A stretch of 16,788 nt of DNA from an uncultured archaeon (GTDB taxonomy: Archaea; Asgardarchaeota; Lokiarchaeia; Sigyniarchaeales; SOKP01). The stretch's first letter is position 1. Each line of letters begins with the position of its first letter. Below are positions 16,221 through 16,788 of the stretch, piece by piece. The notes under the pieces are model-generated. The model was not told the origin of the DNA, ran no database searches, and was given only the letters and a program-made list of their open reading frames with translations. The stretch is from positions 1 through 16,788 of the forward strand of contig CAZOYD010000068.1 in NCBI GenBank assembly GCA_964583985.1, written 5' to 3'. The position numbers and the translations under genes are program-made.

Positions 16221-16669
16221 TTATTTTTTATCTTTAATAAAATCAAGAAAATTCAAATAATTATCTCTATTTTTTATTGGATCCCTTTTTCTATAATAAA
16301 TCTCTGGACTTAGATTAGTATTACGTGCCCAGTTAAACAAAAGTTTAATATAATAATCAGAAGTTGATTCTTTCTATGTTACCCCTAGTTTTAAATGTAA
16401 TTTCTTACTAATTTCAGATTTTTCAAGCTCAATTAATTCATTTTCTGAAATGATGTCAACAAAAGTCTAAATGAGTTCATTTCTAATGCACTTTTTTTAA
16501 ACATCTCCGAAAAAATCGCATTATCCTCATTATACTTAATTAATTTATCTAAAACTTTAATAGAATGTGTTTTTAAATTAAATTATCTTAAGGATAGGTC
16601 ATTCTCAAGTGTATCCCTTACCCAAGAGTGGAGATCTACCAGTTTATATGTCTTTTCCGTCCATATTTT
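16221..16669 (-). pseudogene. Degraded coding remnant of an unknown protein
   Basis: Protein-like reading (WTEKTYKLVDLHSWVRDTLEND...; CIRNELI*TFVDIISENELIELEKSEISKKLHLKLGVT*KESTSDYYIKLLFNWARNTNLSPEIYY...) is interrupted by TAA (16585-16583), an inferred frameshift in the homopolymer at 16492-16498 and two TAG codons (16469-16467, 16376-16374). Confidence 0.45.
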
Positions 16670-16738
16670 TTAGATCGAAAATATAACTAGCATACAAAAA
16701 CTAACAAAACTTAATAACTTTAAATATATAAAATACTT

Positions 16739-16788
16739 ATGGTAGTGATTAAAAGAGAGGGGATTTTACTTGAAGCGACTGATTTAGA
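16739..16788 (+). CDS. 5' start of a gene running off the window, possibly a GH130-like glycosidase/phosphorylase
   Basis: ATG 16739 reads MVVIKREGILLEATDL... and is open to the edge, preceded by AT-rich TATA-like sequence. The N-terminus is reminiscent of MxxxKxEGIxLExT starts of GH130-like proteins, but only 16 codons are visible. Confidence 0.4.
   Translation, partial: MVVIKREGILLEATDL

Noticed and set aside
16374-16469. Pyrrolysine or amber read-through of the two in-frame TAG codons
   Set aside because: The same remnant also has a TAA and a frameshift, and TAG terminates normal genes in this window (arsR, lipid kinase copy 1); decay is the simpler explanation.
1-16788. CRISPR arrays, tRNA/rRNA genes, IS elements, SECIS elements
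   Set aside because: No regularly spaced repeats, cloverleaf-compatible GC-rich segments, transposase motifs or in-frame TGA selenoprotein candidates were seen by eye; a covariance-model search would be needed to exclude small RNAs.

Overview
AT-rich, gene-dense archaeal chromosomal segment. The gene content (archaeal-type thymidylate synthase, Ras-like small GTPase, SMC5/6-type SMC, tandem CTP-dependent lipid kinases, SAMP/MoaD-like protein) suggests an Asgard archaeon such as Lokiarchaeia; this is inference. From left to right: a divergent acr3 (partial)/arsR arsenic module with a candidate operator; a tightly packed four-gene operon encoding a degenerate, probably catalytically dead AAA+ protein, an SMC ATPase with SMC5/6-like motifs, a ScpA-like kleisin and a ScpB/Nse1-like KITE; a convergent, translationally coupled pair of a possible divergent roadblock-like protein and an atypical small GTPase; a coiled-coil hypothetical; a RimK/MptN-type ATP-grasp ligase; a small membrane protein; an unannotated 54-aa ORF; a Maf pyrophosphatase with unusual specificity residues; two tandem dolichol/phytol/DGK1-family kinases; a ubiquitin-fold GG-tailed protein; a ThyA with a large insertion; a DUF2061 protein; a degraded pseudogene; and the first codons of a further gene. 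The best candidate for an undescribed system is the SMC5/6-like-kleisin-KITE operon headed by a pseudo-AAA+ subunit. No rRNA, tRNA, CRISPR array or mobile element was recognised. All family assignments come from manual motif recognition, not database searches.
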